Shown piece by piece: positions 1-9,359 of a stretch of 64,000 nt of DNA (position 1 is its first letter; each line of letters opens with the position of its first letter). Position numbers and translations under genes: made by a program. The stretch is from a virus, in the IMG/VR virus record IMGVR_UViG_3300031578_000004, positions 1-64,000 of that record; one strand, written 5' to 3'. Under the pieces are notes generated by a model. The model was not told where the DNA came from. It saw only the letters and a program-made list of their open reading frames with translations, and ran no database searches.

Positions 1-1
1 G

Positions 2-193
2 ACTCTTGTAAGCGCTGTTCCAATTATTGGAAGCAGTTACGTAAACCTATTTGACTATCTCTTTGCCGGGTATATTGACGAAATCCACGTAGTTAAAGGG
101 ATCGCCCAATGGACGGCAAACTTCACAGTTCCTACCACACCATATTCCTTGATTCCTATTGAAAGTCGAGCATATTGTTTTGTAGTTTCATAA
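2..193 (+). CDS. 3' end of LamG/ConA-like domain tail (receptor-binding) protein, partial
   Basis: Frame 2 reads ...FAGYIDEIHVVKGIAQWTANFTVPTTPY...VVS*. GYIDE..KG.A.WTANFT.PT.PY is typical of phage LamG-domain C-termini. Not in the ORF track. Confidence 0.7.
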   Translation, partial: TLVSAVPIIGSSYVNLFDYLFAGYIDEIHVVKGIAQWTANFTVPTTPYSLIPIESRAYCFVVS

Positions 194-206
194 TTTTAGA
201 AAGGTA

Positions 207-824
207 GTGAAAATAATGTTACTGACAACAAACCAACAGAATCAAATCAATGCTGTAAAAGCAAATATTGAGGCATTAACCATTAAACAAGAATCAATTC
301 GCCAACAAACACAAATAGATTTAGGCACTTTGCAACAGCAAATTTCAATTAAACAAACACAAAGGGATACAGATATAAATGATATCCAAACAAGTATAAA
401 TACTTTCCAAACTAATATGAATCTAATAGTTTCACCCCCTACTCCTGCTCCTGAAGATATGCTCAAATATGCTCAGGCAATTAGAATAGTTCAATTAGGC
501 GACACTTATAATGAAAAATTAACTGAAGGATTTAATTCAAATGCAACAGGAATTCAGTATCATTTTAGATACAATGAATTTGACCAAAAAAAATTTATAA
601 AGGTATCTTTAATGGCAATTAAAAATAAAATTTCATTCCCAGTTGTCATTTCTGATACAAATGGAGTTTCAGTACTACACACAGCAGAACAATATGATAC
701 GTTGGAAAATGATATTAATATGTTCGAATGGGTGTTACAGAATAAACTTGAAGCCCTAACAAGAGAAGTTAAAGCATTAACTATTGTTGAAGACGTAGTT
801 GGTTGGATACCTGTATGGGATTAG
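207..824 (+). CDS. Tail-fibre assembly/chaperone-like protein (DUF4376-like C-terminus)
   Basis: Follows the tail gene; N-terminal coiled coil; C-terminal region ending in W resembles DUF4376 proteins. Confidence 0.5.
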   Translation: MKIMLLTTNQQNQINAVKANIEALTIKQESIRQQTQIDLGTLQQQISIKQTQRDTDINDIQTSINTFQTNMNLIVSPPTPAPEDMLKYAQAIRIVQLGDTYNEKLTEGFNSNATGIQYHFRYNEFDQKKFIKVSLMAIKNKISFPVVISDTNGVSVLHTAEQYDTLENDINMFEWVLQNKLEALTREVKALTIVEDVVGWIPVWD

Positions 825-865
825 AGATAGGAAATATTATTGCGTCTAGAGGAAATTCAAATAAT

Positions 866-913
866 ATATAAAATAAGAGACTAATCATTAAAAATTAGTC
901 TCTTATTTTATAT
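866..913. terminator. Intrinsic terminator (20-bp inverted repeat)
   Basis: atataaaataagagactaat-cattaaaa-attagtctcttattttatat. Confidence 0.75.
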
Positions 914-1020
914 TATATTAAACCCTAAAATTTATAAACAAACAAATTAACCAAGGAGAGTGTATGAAATGCACTAGTTAAATTATATAAAAATATACAT
1001 AGAAAGTAGGTACATAAATT

Positions 1021-1449
1021 ATGAGTGAATGTCCAAACCAATTACAACAAGAGCATATTAAGTCAATTGCAACGCTGGAAACTAAGGTGGAGAATCTTGA
1101 ACACAAGGTTGATGATTTCTCAATAATGAAAGATACGCTAGTTGAATTAAAAGCTTTATCAAAAGAGCAATCAAGTTATAATAAAAAATTTAATGAAATG
1201 TATGAGAAATCTATTGTATCAAATATTGAATTTAGTAATACATTGATTAATATTAATGCTAATTTAAACTCTTTAAATTCTGAAATTAAAGGTGTTAATG
1301 AAAGAATTGATGAAGTTGAATTAAAGATAGATGGTATAGATGATAAATCCAAAGTGGATTTTTTAATATTAGTAAAGCAATATGCTATCCCAGTAATTAT
1401 GGGTGGAGGTATTGTTTATTTTATATTAAGTGTAGTGGGAAAAATATAA
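1021..1449 (+). CDS. Coiled-coil protein with C-terminal TM helix (XhlA/BhlA-like lysis accessory)
   Basis: Heptad-rich body, hydrophobic C-terminus, upstream of holin and endolysin. Confidence 0.55.
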   Translation: MSECPNQLQQEHIKSIATLETKVENLEHKVDDFSIMKDTLVELKALSKEQSSYNKKFNEMYEKSIVSNIEFSNTLININANLNSLNSEIKGVNERIDEVELKIDGIDDKSKVDFLILVKQYAIPVIMGGGIVYFILSVVGKI

Positions 1450-1661
1450 GTTAAATATTTAAAATAAGATATTTAAGATAAAGGATATAAAAATTTATGA
1501 ATAAAAGAAATAACAATAAACAGCAAAATAAAAACAAGGGTATAGAAAAACTTCGTTAGGCACTCAATTTAACTATAACAATCCCTCGTTACTGATATTT
1601 TAACATTGATTAGTAGGATTGTAAAGAAGTATTAATTTTAGAATTATAAGGAGGTAAAGGA

Positions 1662-1925
1662 ATGATTAATTTTATAAAAAAGATGCAAACCAGTAAAAAA
1701 ATTACTTGGCTATTCATAATAGTTTATTTATTCGGTTTGTTAGGAACAGCAATAGCAAGTATGAAAGGTTTTGATTTAAGATTTATTATGGACTATCTTC
1801 ATCAGATAGTTTTAATAATTGTTGTTTCTTACTTTGGGTCTAAGACTATTGAAAATTTTGAAAAAATAAGAATTAGTGTTAAAAGTGGTAGTGAAGATAG
1901 TACTAATTTAAGTGGTGAAATTTAA
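1662..1925 (+). CDS. Putative holin (2 TM)
   Basis: 87 aa, two hydrophobic helices, aggagg RBS, abuts endolysin. Confidence 0.65.
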   Translation: MINFIKKMQTSKKITWLFIIVYLFGLLGTAIASMKGFDLRFIMDYLHQIVLIIVVSYFGSKTIENFEKIRISVKSGSEDSTNLSGEI

Positions 1926-3689
1926 ATGAAGAAATTAACTATTGTAAATGGAATAATTCAAGATAAATTTATTGATGATATTCCAATTAGAATTCAAATA
2001 GTAGAACCCAAAGGTAAAGCAAACGTAAGAACACTTATAAAAATGACAGAATGTATTGGTATCACTAATCATAATACAGGAAATAATTCACCTACAACTG
2101 GAGATGAACTTCATGCAAATTGGATGCAGAATGTTGAAAATGCTGATTTACAATATGTTTCAGCACATTTATATGTAGACCAAGATTCTATTACACAAAT
2201 AATACCATTAGATGAAGTTACTTTTAATGCTGGAGATGGTAAAGGTAGAGGAAATTATAAAACTATCTCTATTGAAATATGTGAAAATGCTAATGTTGAT
2301 AAAGCAGAAGAAAACGCAAAGAAGTTAAATGCTTCATTGATTCTTACATATTCAAATTTGAAAATTTATAAACATCAAGATTGGTCTGGAAAATACTGTC
2401 CTAGGGTTATATTAAATAAAAATGGTTGGAGTAAATTTGTTGAAGATATATTGAACTATGTAAGAATTGCAAATATGAAACTTACAGAAGTAAAAGAGGA
2501 AGTTAAAGTGATTTATACGACTCTCAGACTAGGTTTAAAAGGCAATGATGTATTACTACTACAAACGAAATTAAAGTCTTTAAACTATAAAATACAATTC
2601 GCAGACGGTATATTCGGGAATGAAACATTGGAAGCTGTAAAGGAATTTCAGAAGAATGAAAAACTTTATATAGATGGAATATTTGGGGCAATGAGCTGGA
2701 AGGCTTTGGAGACTGTTAAGGCTTTAGTTATTGAAGTGGTTAAACCTGTTGAAACTAAACCTGTAACTCCTGTAACTCCTGTATTTGCTATGCCTACTTT
2801 AAAATTAGGCTCAAAGGGCGAGGATGTAAAGACATTGCAAAGTAAGTTAAAAAATCTTAATTATATAATTTCAGTTGATGGTGATTTTGGTGTAGGTACA
2901 GATAAAATTGTAAAACAATTTCAAACCGATAATGGTTTGGTAGCAGACGGAATTGTGGGAAAAGGTACTTATGGTGCTTTGAAGGTTGCTAAGGCTATAG
3001 TTAAACTTACACCTATACTTGATACTCCTATTAGTAAATATGAAATTACTAAAACAAAAGATGGTATTAACATTGTTAAAATAAAGAAATCTTGTATAAA
3101 GAATATAGATGTTATACTTTGTAAACAACCTAAAGAAACACTAAAGAATCTATATACTAGACTGGCTAAGAAGCCTACATTCTTGATTAATGGCGGTCTT
3201 TTCGCAATGAATAATGGCAACTCAATGAGTTCTATGTTTGATGAAGAGAAGAAAATTGTTTCAGGTTACTTCTCAGATTTTGGTTTATATGTTAAAAAAG
3301 ATGGTTCTTATGGATTTGATAATTTTAACAATGTAAAGGATATTCGTGATTTCATAGGTGCATCTCCGACTTTAATTGTCAATGGTATAAAGAATGTTGA
3401 CCTAAAAGGACTAACCAAAGATAAAGCATTTACTGATAGTAGACATCCAAGAACTTGTATTGGTATGGATGCAAATTATTTTTATTTAATAATTATTGAT
3501 GGTAGGCAATTAGGTAAAAAGGGTATGACAGTAAATGAGTTAGTTGACTTTGGATTAAAAATGAAATTAAAATTTATGATTAATCTTGATGGTGGATATT
3601 CAAGTTTGATACTAGATGCAAATGGAAAATCTGTAAACTCACAATCAGAAAACAGAGCTATAGATAATGCTATAGCTTTTTATTTATAA
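1926..3689 (+). CDS. Modular endolysin: Amidase_2 + 2x PG_binding_1 + NAGPA/phosphodiester glycosidase
   Basis: HNTGN, SAHLYVD, SIEICE, HQDWSGKYCP (amidase); two LxxG.KG.DV..LQ..L...DG.FG repeats; INGG.F, RHPRTCIG, IDGR, NLDGG motifs (NAGPA). Confidence 0.85.
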   Translation: MKKLTIVNGIIQDKFIDDIPIRIQIVEPKGKANVRTLIKMTECIGITNHNTGNNSPTTGDELHANWMQNVENADLQYVSAHLYVDQDSITQIIPLDEVTFNAGDGKGRGNYKTISIEICENANVDKAEENAKKLNASLILTYSNLKIYKHQDWSGKYCPRVILNKNGWSKFVEDILNYVRIANMKLTEVKEEVKVIYTTLRLGLKGNDVLLLQTKLKSLNYKIQFADGIFGNETLEAVKEFQKNEKLYIDGIFGAMSWKALETVKALVIEVVKPVETKPVTPVTPVFAMPTLKLGSKGEDVKTLQSKLKNLNYIISVDGDFGVGTDKIVKQFQTDNGLVADGIVGKGTYGALKVAKAIVKLTPILDTPISKYEITKTKDGINIVKIKKSCIKNIDVILCKQPKETLKNLYTRLAKKPTFLINGGLFAMNNGNSMSSMFDEEKKIVSGYFSDFGLYVKKDGSYGFDNFNNVKDIRDFIGASPTLIVNGIKNVDLKGLTKDKAFTDSRHPRTCIGMDANYFYLIIIDGRQLGKKGMTVNELVDFGLKMKLKFMINLDGGYSSLILDANGKSVNSQSENRAIDNAIAFYL

Positions 3690-3734
3690 ACAAAACAAAC
3701 AACAACTATAAAAAATTATTAGGAGGAAATGTAA

Positions 3735-4145
3735 ATGTTTGATTATTCAATATTATTTTTATTCGGATTTATCGTATTATCACTAGGAGTTGTTGCTGGG
3801 GTAGTTTTATTAATGAAGAACTACAATATCTCTCCCAAACAATTAACCGAAGGAATAGATATATCTAAAACAATAAGTATAATAATAAAAGTTACTGCAA
3901 AAGAATTAAATTTCGTCAATGATGAATCAGTGGATGAAATTGCAAACATAGTAATAGATTCGTTAGATTATATAAAAACAATAGCTAATGATGCAACTAA
4001 AGAAGAAAAAGTTCAAGCTGGAATTAAGTATGTTGAAGAATTGTGTTTATCTTTTGATATTCAAATGAATGAAGATAGAATGTTTGTGGCTACTACTTTG
4101 TTGCAATTGGGAATTAATTTGTTGGAAACATTGGAAGTTAAGTAA
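3735..4145 (+). CDS. Holin-like membrane protein (LL-H-like)
   Basis: N-terminal TM helix, helical C-terminus, follows endolysin. Confidence 0.5.
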   Translation: MFDYSILFLFGFIVLSLGVVAGVVLLMKNYNISPKQLTEGIDISKTISIIIKVTAKELNFVNDESVDEIANIVIDSLDYIKTIANDATKEEKVQAGIKYVEELCLSFDIQMNEDRMFVATTLLQLGINLLETLEVK

Positions 4146-4243
4146 GAAATAGAACAAACAATAACTATAAAATAATAAAGAAGGTTGATATTTAATTATA
4201 TTAGCCTTCTCTAAATAAATAACAAAAACTATAAAATTAAGTA

Positions 4244-4272
4244 TTGCAATATATAAAATATGGGTGTATAAT
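4244..4272 (+). promoter_or_regulatory. sigmaA-type promoter of the moron
   Basis: TTGCAA-17-TATAAT. Confidence 0.7.
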
Positions 4273-4363
4273 TATGGTAATGGGATTCCATTGTTGCGAC
4301 AATGGTTAAACTGCTAAAGCAGTTTAAATAACAATAATGTTTATTTTAAAAGGAGGATTTTGC

Positions 4364-4582
4364 ATGAATAATGTATTTCAAACATCAAGTCTTAATATCG
4401 TTGCATGGTTGCTAACTAAGGGGTATCAGGTCAAAGAAAAAATGCGTTTAAATAATAGCACTATTTTTTACTTTGACAGGGATGAAAACCTACAGAAAAC
4501 AATTGATGAATATAATAACAACAAAGAATTAAAAGACTTCATATCGAAATTTAGAGAAGTTAAAATAATGGCTAAACAGTAA
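4364..4582 (+). CDS. DUF5659-like small protein
   Basis: MNNVFQTSSLNIVAWLLTKG...TIFYF pattern; ATG at 4364 follows aggagg RBS. Confidence 0.6.
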   Translation: MNNVFQTSSLNIVAWLLTKGYQVKEKMRLNNSTIFYFDRDENLQKTIDEYNNNKELKDFISKFREVKIMAKQ

Positions 4583-4673
4583 CAAAATATATAAAATTAT
4601 CTTAAAGACTTAGAAATGAGTCTTTTTTATTTGCACAAATTTAACATGTTTATTTTACAGGAGGTATTAAATT

Positions 4674-5261
4674 ATGAATAGTGAAAAATATGGAATCAAT
4701 GGTAATACAGTTTTTGATAGACAAACAGGTGCAGTAATTGACTTACAGGAAGTTAAGAAGGCAAAAGAAAGAGATGCGATAGATACCTTTCATAATAGTA
4801 TGGAAGAATTGCATGAGTTGGGACTAACCCCTGATTTAGTAGTAGTGAAATATAGAAATAGAGAATATCAATGTGTTGAGATTAAAAGAGAATACGAATT
4901 CAATAAGGAGTTTAGAGTTGAATTGAGAGATTTAATGTTGAGTAAAGAACTAAGTAAAAATGCTCGTTGTTTTATTGGAACATTATCTCCTTTTGTGAGT
5001 TTTCCAAGTAATGCAATACATATAAAATATAAGAATCCTAGTTTAGATGAGTTAATGGAAATTTTAGATATGAGTAAAAATACCTTATCAGCCACTTTAA
5101 AAGAATTAGAAGATTTAACAATTATAAAAAGAGTTAAAAGAGATGGACAGTTGATAATTTACTTCAATTGTTTTTTATTTTGTGGTGGATTGGCGAGAAC
5201 GTGTAGTTTCAATAGATGTACGTTCTTTTTTATATTCAAAATTTGGGAAACAGAGTATTAA
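4674..5261 (+). CDS. RepL-like winged-HTH protein, 3' end probably truncated
   Basis: HTH SLDELMEILDMSKNTLSATLKELEDLTII then IYFN..LF; the last about 23 codons overlap a terminator-like hairpin. Confidence 0.55.
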   Translation: MNSEKYGINGNTVFDRQTGAVIDLQEVKKAKERDAIDTFHNSMEELHELGLTPDLVVVKYRNREYQCVEIKREYEFNKEFRVELRDLMLSKELSKNARCFIGTLSPFVSFPSNAIHIKYKNPSLDELMEILDMSKNTLSATLKELEDLTIIKRVKRDGQLIIYFNCFLFCGGLARTCSFNRCTFFFIFKIWETEY

Positions 5262-5298
5262 AATTTGGTTATTTAACAAGTTTAAGGAGGAATATTAA

Positions 5299-5958
5299 AT
5301 GAAAACAAAAATATGTATACAATGTAAAAAAGAATTTCCTGAAACAAATGAATATTTTTATAAACAAACTAAAGGTGGTTTTAGTGGAAGATGTAAGACT
5401 TGTCAAAAAGAATATGGTATAACATATAGAAGTGTTAATAAAGAAAAAATACAAGAAAAAGATAAGATATATTATCAAGAGAATAAAAATAAAGTTATAT
5501 CAAGGCAAACTAAATATTATTATAAAAACTCCGAAAATTATAAAGAGTATTATAAAGAAAACAGAAGTGATATTTTAGATTACCAAAAAGAATATAAATC
5601 AAAAAATCCAGAATTAATAAAAGAAATAGGTAAAAGAAGAGATAATAAAAGAAAAATATTAAAAATTGAAAATGGTGGATTTTATACTGAAGAAGAGTGG
5701 AATAATTGTCTGTCTTTTTTCGATTATAAATGTTGCTATAGTGGACAAATTTTAACTGATAAAAATATTAGTATTGAACATATTATACCTATAATTAAAG
5801 GTGGAATAAATAATATATATAATATTGTTTGCTGTGATACACATGTGAACTCTAGTAAGGGAAGTAAAGATATGGAAGATTGGTATAGAGAGCAAGAATT
5901 TTTTAGTGAGCAACGTTTACAAAAAATATATGAGTGGATAGAAATAAATATAAAATAG
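5299..5958 (+). CDS. HNH endonuclease
   Basis: N-terminal CxxC...CxxC; CCYSG...EHIIP..KGG.N...N....D..VNSSKG. Confidence 0.85.
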   Translation: MKTKICIQCKKEFPETNEYFYKQTKGGFSGRCKTCQKEYGITYRSVNKEKIQEKDKIYYQENKNKVISRQTKYYYKNSENYKEYYKENRSDILDYQKEYKSKNPELIKEIGKRRDNKRKILKIENGGFYTEEEWNNCLSFFDYKCCYSGQILTDKNISIEHIIPIIKGGINNIYNIVCCDTHVNSSKGSKDMEDWYREQEFFSEQRLQKIYEWIEINIK

Positions 5959-5960
5959 TT

Positions 5961-6003
5961 AATAAGCCATATGCACTTAATTGTGTATATGGCTTATTTT
6001 TTT
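5961..6003. terminator. Terminator at the convergence of the two gene arms
   Basis: aataagccatatgcac-ttaatt-gtgtatatggcttatt followed by T run. Confidence 0.8.
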
Positions 6004-6011
6004 CTCACTTT

Positions 6012-6087
6012 TGTCATACTTTTAAGTATGATTTTATGTAAATTATCACACTTTTTAGTACATAAAAATGAAAAATGTCATACTTTT
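6012..6087. repeat. Three 12-bp direct repeats at exact 32-bp spacing
   Basis: tgtcatactttt (6012), tatcacactttt (6044), tgtcatactttt (6076); palindrome tcatactt-tt-aagtatga at 6014-6031. Confidence 0.75.
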
Positions 6088-6094
6088 TGCATAA

Positions 6095-6418
6095 CTAAAA
6101 AAACTTAATATTATTTTCTTTTAGACACTGTATATTTCCATTTTTATAATAGATTGTGAAACAACTTTTATTATGTGCTATAATTTTTTCAATATGTTGT
6201 TGTATTAATAATTGTGTAGGATTAAATTCTATTTTATTTTTATCACAGTAAATCTTAAAAAAATTAAGAAGTTCTAATTCTTCTATAATGTTTCTTGGAC
6301 ATTTTTTATATTGATAATTTGAACAGATATATTTATTTTTCTGACGTTCTGTGATAAGTTTATAATTTTTTGTGCATAATTCACATTGTATCATTGAACT
6401 AAATAAAGCTTTAGACAT
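6095..6418 (-). CDS. Stand-alone recombinase zinc-ribbon protein
   Basis: LFSSMIQCELC...YICSNY...C..NII, similar to the Zn-ribbon of the adjacent recombinase (LYSGKIYCSQH...WQC...C). Confidence 0.7.
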   Translation of the reverse strand: MSKALFSSMIQCELCTKNYKLITERQKNKYICSNYQYKKCPRNIIEELELLNFFKIYCDKNKIEFNPTQLLIQQHIEKIIAHNKSCFTIYYKNGNIQCLKENNIKFF

Positions 6419-6473
6419 AATTAATTACCTCTCAAAATAAAAAGTGATATATTAATTATACCACTTCAAATCT

Positions 6474-8225
6474 TTAAGCACAAAGTCTTAATTCAGTTTC
6501 TACTTGTATATTAATATCATACCCCTTCTGTCCACGATTGTTGGTATTCCTTGAGAATTTGAACTGCTGTTTGTTTCCGACCATATGTGTAGTCAGCAAC
6601 AAATGCATGTTCTCAAATATATCTCTTCTATATATGGCTTTTATTGATATTGCAGGTTTTAATATTACATTTAATCTAACTTCATTGTCTTTTATTCCCT
6701 TGGTAATAATAACCTTTTCTAAAAAACTATTTACTATATCATCTGTAACTTCATCTGCATTAGCAAACTCTATGTTTTTATTCATAAGATTATTAATCAT
6801 TTTTAATTGTTCTTCAACATCAAATTTAACATCATTTAATTCTTCATACTTTTTAATTTGTTGTTCTATTAATACTATTTCATCATTAAGTGCATTATTT
6901 TTATTTTCAAATTCTTCATTTGTAAGTCTATTTTCGAGATTCAATTCAAGTATTTTATCTTTCTTTTTATGAACAAATGAGATTTTAGCTTTCAAGTCTT
7001 TTATATCTTTGTCGTGATTTACATCATTAATATATTTCTTATATAAATCCATAAGTTTAGTTAAATGATGTTCTTTATTAGCAAACATTTCTTTAATACA
7101 ATTTCTCACTATTATATCAAGTTCATGTTTATATATTATAGGAGTATCACAACCTTTTTTGCCATCTTTTCTATAAACTTTACATTGCCATACTTCCTTA
7201 TCTTCTATTGTTTTATATTTATATAAACTTCTCCAATAAGCAACATTATGTTGAGAACAATATATTTTACCTGAATATAAGAATTTATTTTGGTAAGAAG
7301 TTTTATCATCTGAAGCCATTTTTTCAGCTTTCTTTTTTAGTTTATTATTTGCTTTATGCCAAGTTTCTTCACTTACTATAGGAGGTATTATATCTGGGGC
7401 AGAATAGACAATCCAATCTTTAGGTTTAAGATATTCACGTTCTTTTGTCATATAATCTAATGTAATACTTTTTTTAGCAGTATAATAACCCATATACCTC
7501 ATATTCGTTAATATACCTCTAATACTTGAGAAACTAAATGGATTATTATTGTGGTTTTTATAATCTACACTAATAATATTTGCTATATTTCTCAAACCTT
7601 TATCTTGCAAATATAAATCAAATATCATTCTAACCATTTTGGCTTCTTCTTCATTAATAACTAACTTATGTCCATCTCTATTATATCCCCAAAATCTTTC
7701 ATTGCACATTACAAGACCATTTTCCATAGCTCTTTTCTTTCCCCATTTAACACGTTCAGATATTTTTCTACTTTCTTCTTGTGCTATAGAACTCATAATA
7801 GTTAATCTTAATTCACTATCAGGATATAAAGTATTTATATTATCATTTGTAAAAAATACACCTACTCCACTTTTTAATAATTCTCTAGTATAAAATAAAC
7901 TATCCATTGTATTTCTTGAGAATCTACTAATTTCCTTCGTTAACACTAAAGAAAACTTTTTATTACGTCCATCTTCTATCATTTTATTAAAAGCATCTCT
8001 TTTAGTTGTTTGAACTCCAGAAATTGCCTCATCAATATAACCTTCAACATATTCCCAATTTGGTTGGTTGTTTATATATTCTATAAAATAATCTCGTTGA
8101 TTTTTTAAGCTACTAAGTTGTTCATCTGACCCCGTACTTACCCTTGAATAAAATGTTACTTTTAAAGTTAGGTCAAATATTGTTTTACCTGCCATTAATT
8201 GATTTCTTATATTATATAAATCCAT
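6474..8225 (-). CDS. Large serine recombinase (integrase)
   Basis: YSRVST catalytic Ser, SRFSRN, recombinase domain, Zn-ribbon, coiled coil. Confidence 0.95.
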   Translation of the reverse strand: MDLYNIRNQLMAGKTIFDLTLKVTFYSRVSTGSDEQLSSLKNQRDYFIEYINNQPNWEYVEGYIDEAISGVQTTKRDAFNKMIEDGRNKKFSLVLTKEISRFSRNTMDSLFYTRELLKSGVGVFFTNDNINTLYPDSELRLTIMSSIAQEESRKISERVKWGKKRAMENGLVMCNERFWGYNRDGHKLVINEEEAKMVRMIFDLYLQDKGLRNIANIISVDYKNHNNNPFSFSSIRGILTNMRYMGYYTAKKSITLDYMTKEREYLKPKDWIVYSAPDIIPPIVSEETWHKANNKLKKKAEKMASDDKTSYQNKFLYSGKIYCSQHNVAYWRSLYKYKTIEDKEVWQCKVYRKDGKKGCDTPIIYKHELDIIVRNCIKEMFANKEHHLTKLMDLYKKYINDVNHDKDIKDLKAKISFVHKKKDKILELNLENRLTNEEFENKNNALNDEIVLIEQQIKKYEELNDVKFDVEEQLKMINNLMNKNIEFANADEVTDDIVNSFLEKVIITKGIKDNEVRLNVILKPAISIKAIYRRDIFENMHLLLTTHMVGNKQQFKFSRNTNNRGQKGYDINIQVETELRLCA

Positions 8226-8302
8226 TATTAATCCTCCAGTATCCTTTTGTACTATATCACAATTAATATAACACGTTAGTTATTTGTATGCAATAGAAAA
8301 GG

Positions 8303-8452
8303 TTAAAGCTTTTCTATATCGGCTTTAACCTTTTGGTATACATCATATGTAATTAAACCTGAATCATAGACCTGTTTATTTAATGTGAGTAGCAAATCTT
8401 TATTCAGATAATTTCCTTCGTATGGATTAATATTATCCAATACAACTTCCAT
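8303..8452 (-). CDS. 49-aa SHOCT-like protein upstream of the recombinase
   Basis: MEVVLDNINPYEGNYLNKDLLLTLNKQVYDSGLITYDVYQKVKADIEKL with gagggg RBS; below the ORF-track cut-off. Confidence 0.55.
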   Translation of the reverse strand: MEVVLDNINPYEGNYLNKDLLLTLNKQVYDSGLITYDVYQKVKADIEKL

Positions 8453-8504
8453 CTATCTACCCCCTCATACAAGCATTATATTCATAAATTTTTATCTATA
8501 TTCC

Positions 8505-8696
8505 TCACTCACAATTATTAATATCATGATACAATTCCATTTTCTTTTCATATTCATTACTATCAGCACTATAACAATCCACAAAATCCTCACAGTAAAT
8601 TTCATCTTCTTTAATCCTAGCCATTCTTTCAAATTGGCATTGTCCGTAGTAATGTATACATGTATCCTTCTTACAGTCTAAAATTATATGTGTCAT
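8505..8696 (-). CDS. Cys-rich hypothetical protein
   Basis: ORF with RBS. Confidence 0.5.
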   Translation of the reverse strand: MTHIILDCKKDTCIHYYGQCQFERMARIKEDEIYCEDFVDCYSADSNEYEKKMELYHDINNCE

Positions 8697-8812
8697 ATCT
8701 ATATCAATTCTCCTTTCTTATCTTCCCACATACCCCTACAACCGTCTAAATTAAACTGTGATAAAACTTATTAGGCTAGTAATGTCATAAGTATACTGAT
8801 TATTTAATTGGC

Positions 8813-9313
8813 TTAAACTTCAATTGTTTCTACATTACTTTCCTTTTTAATTATTTTAGGAATAATACTCTTAACAACATGCCATCCTTGACATATTGCA
8901 TCAGCTTCATCTTCGGAAACATCTATATTGAATTTATTTTTAACAAATAATTGAGCATTTTTCTTTTGCTCTTCTCTTTTACGTCCTTTAACATTGCAAG
9001 TACTTTTCCATTGAGTAGATGCTACTATAAAATATAAAAATTCTTTTTCAAATAAATTGTTTTCAAGGACACCTTTTAATTCAGCTAATTGTTTAAATGT
9101 TTTGGGGTTTACTTGTTGCTGTATATCTTCAATACTACATATTTCTGGATTATATTTTTCTATGTAATCATTCTGCATTTTTTTAATTTCACTAATGCGT
9201 TCAGTAAAGTCATCAATTTTACCAAAATCTTTTATTCCATAGTGAATTAATTCTTCATCATCATATATTGCATATCCTGTTTTTGTCGCTTGGTCTAAAC
9301 TTAATACTCTCAA
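8813..9313 (-). CDS. RuvC-like Holliday junction resolvase
   Basis: LSLDQATKTGYA, SIED, EDEADAI acidic residues. Confidence 0.85.
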   Translation of the reverse strand: MRVLSLDQATKTGYAIYDDEELIHYGIKDFGKIDDFTERISEIKKMQNDYIEKYNPEICSIEDIQQQVNPKTFKQLAELKGVLENNLFEKEFLYFIVASTQWKSTCNVKGRKREEQKKNAQLFVKNKFNIDVSEDEADAICQGWHVVKSIIPKIIKKESNVETIEV

Positions 9314-9359
9314 TCCATAACCTCACTTTGTAATATTTTTATATTTGTTATTCTATGTA

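Noticed and set aside
1-193. DGR variable region in the tail gene (slightly GC-richer codons)
   Set aside because: No reverse transcriptase or template repeat seen in this window.
899-913. tctcttattttatat shared with the tandem repeat at 49696-49737
   Set aside because: Low-complexity AT-rich match; likely chance.
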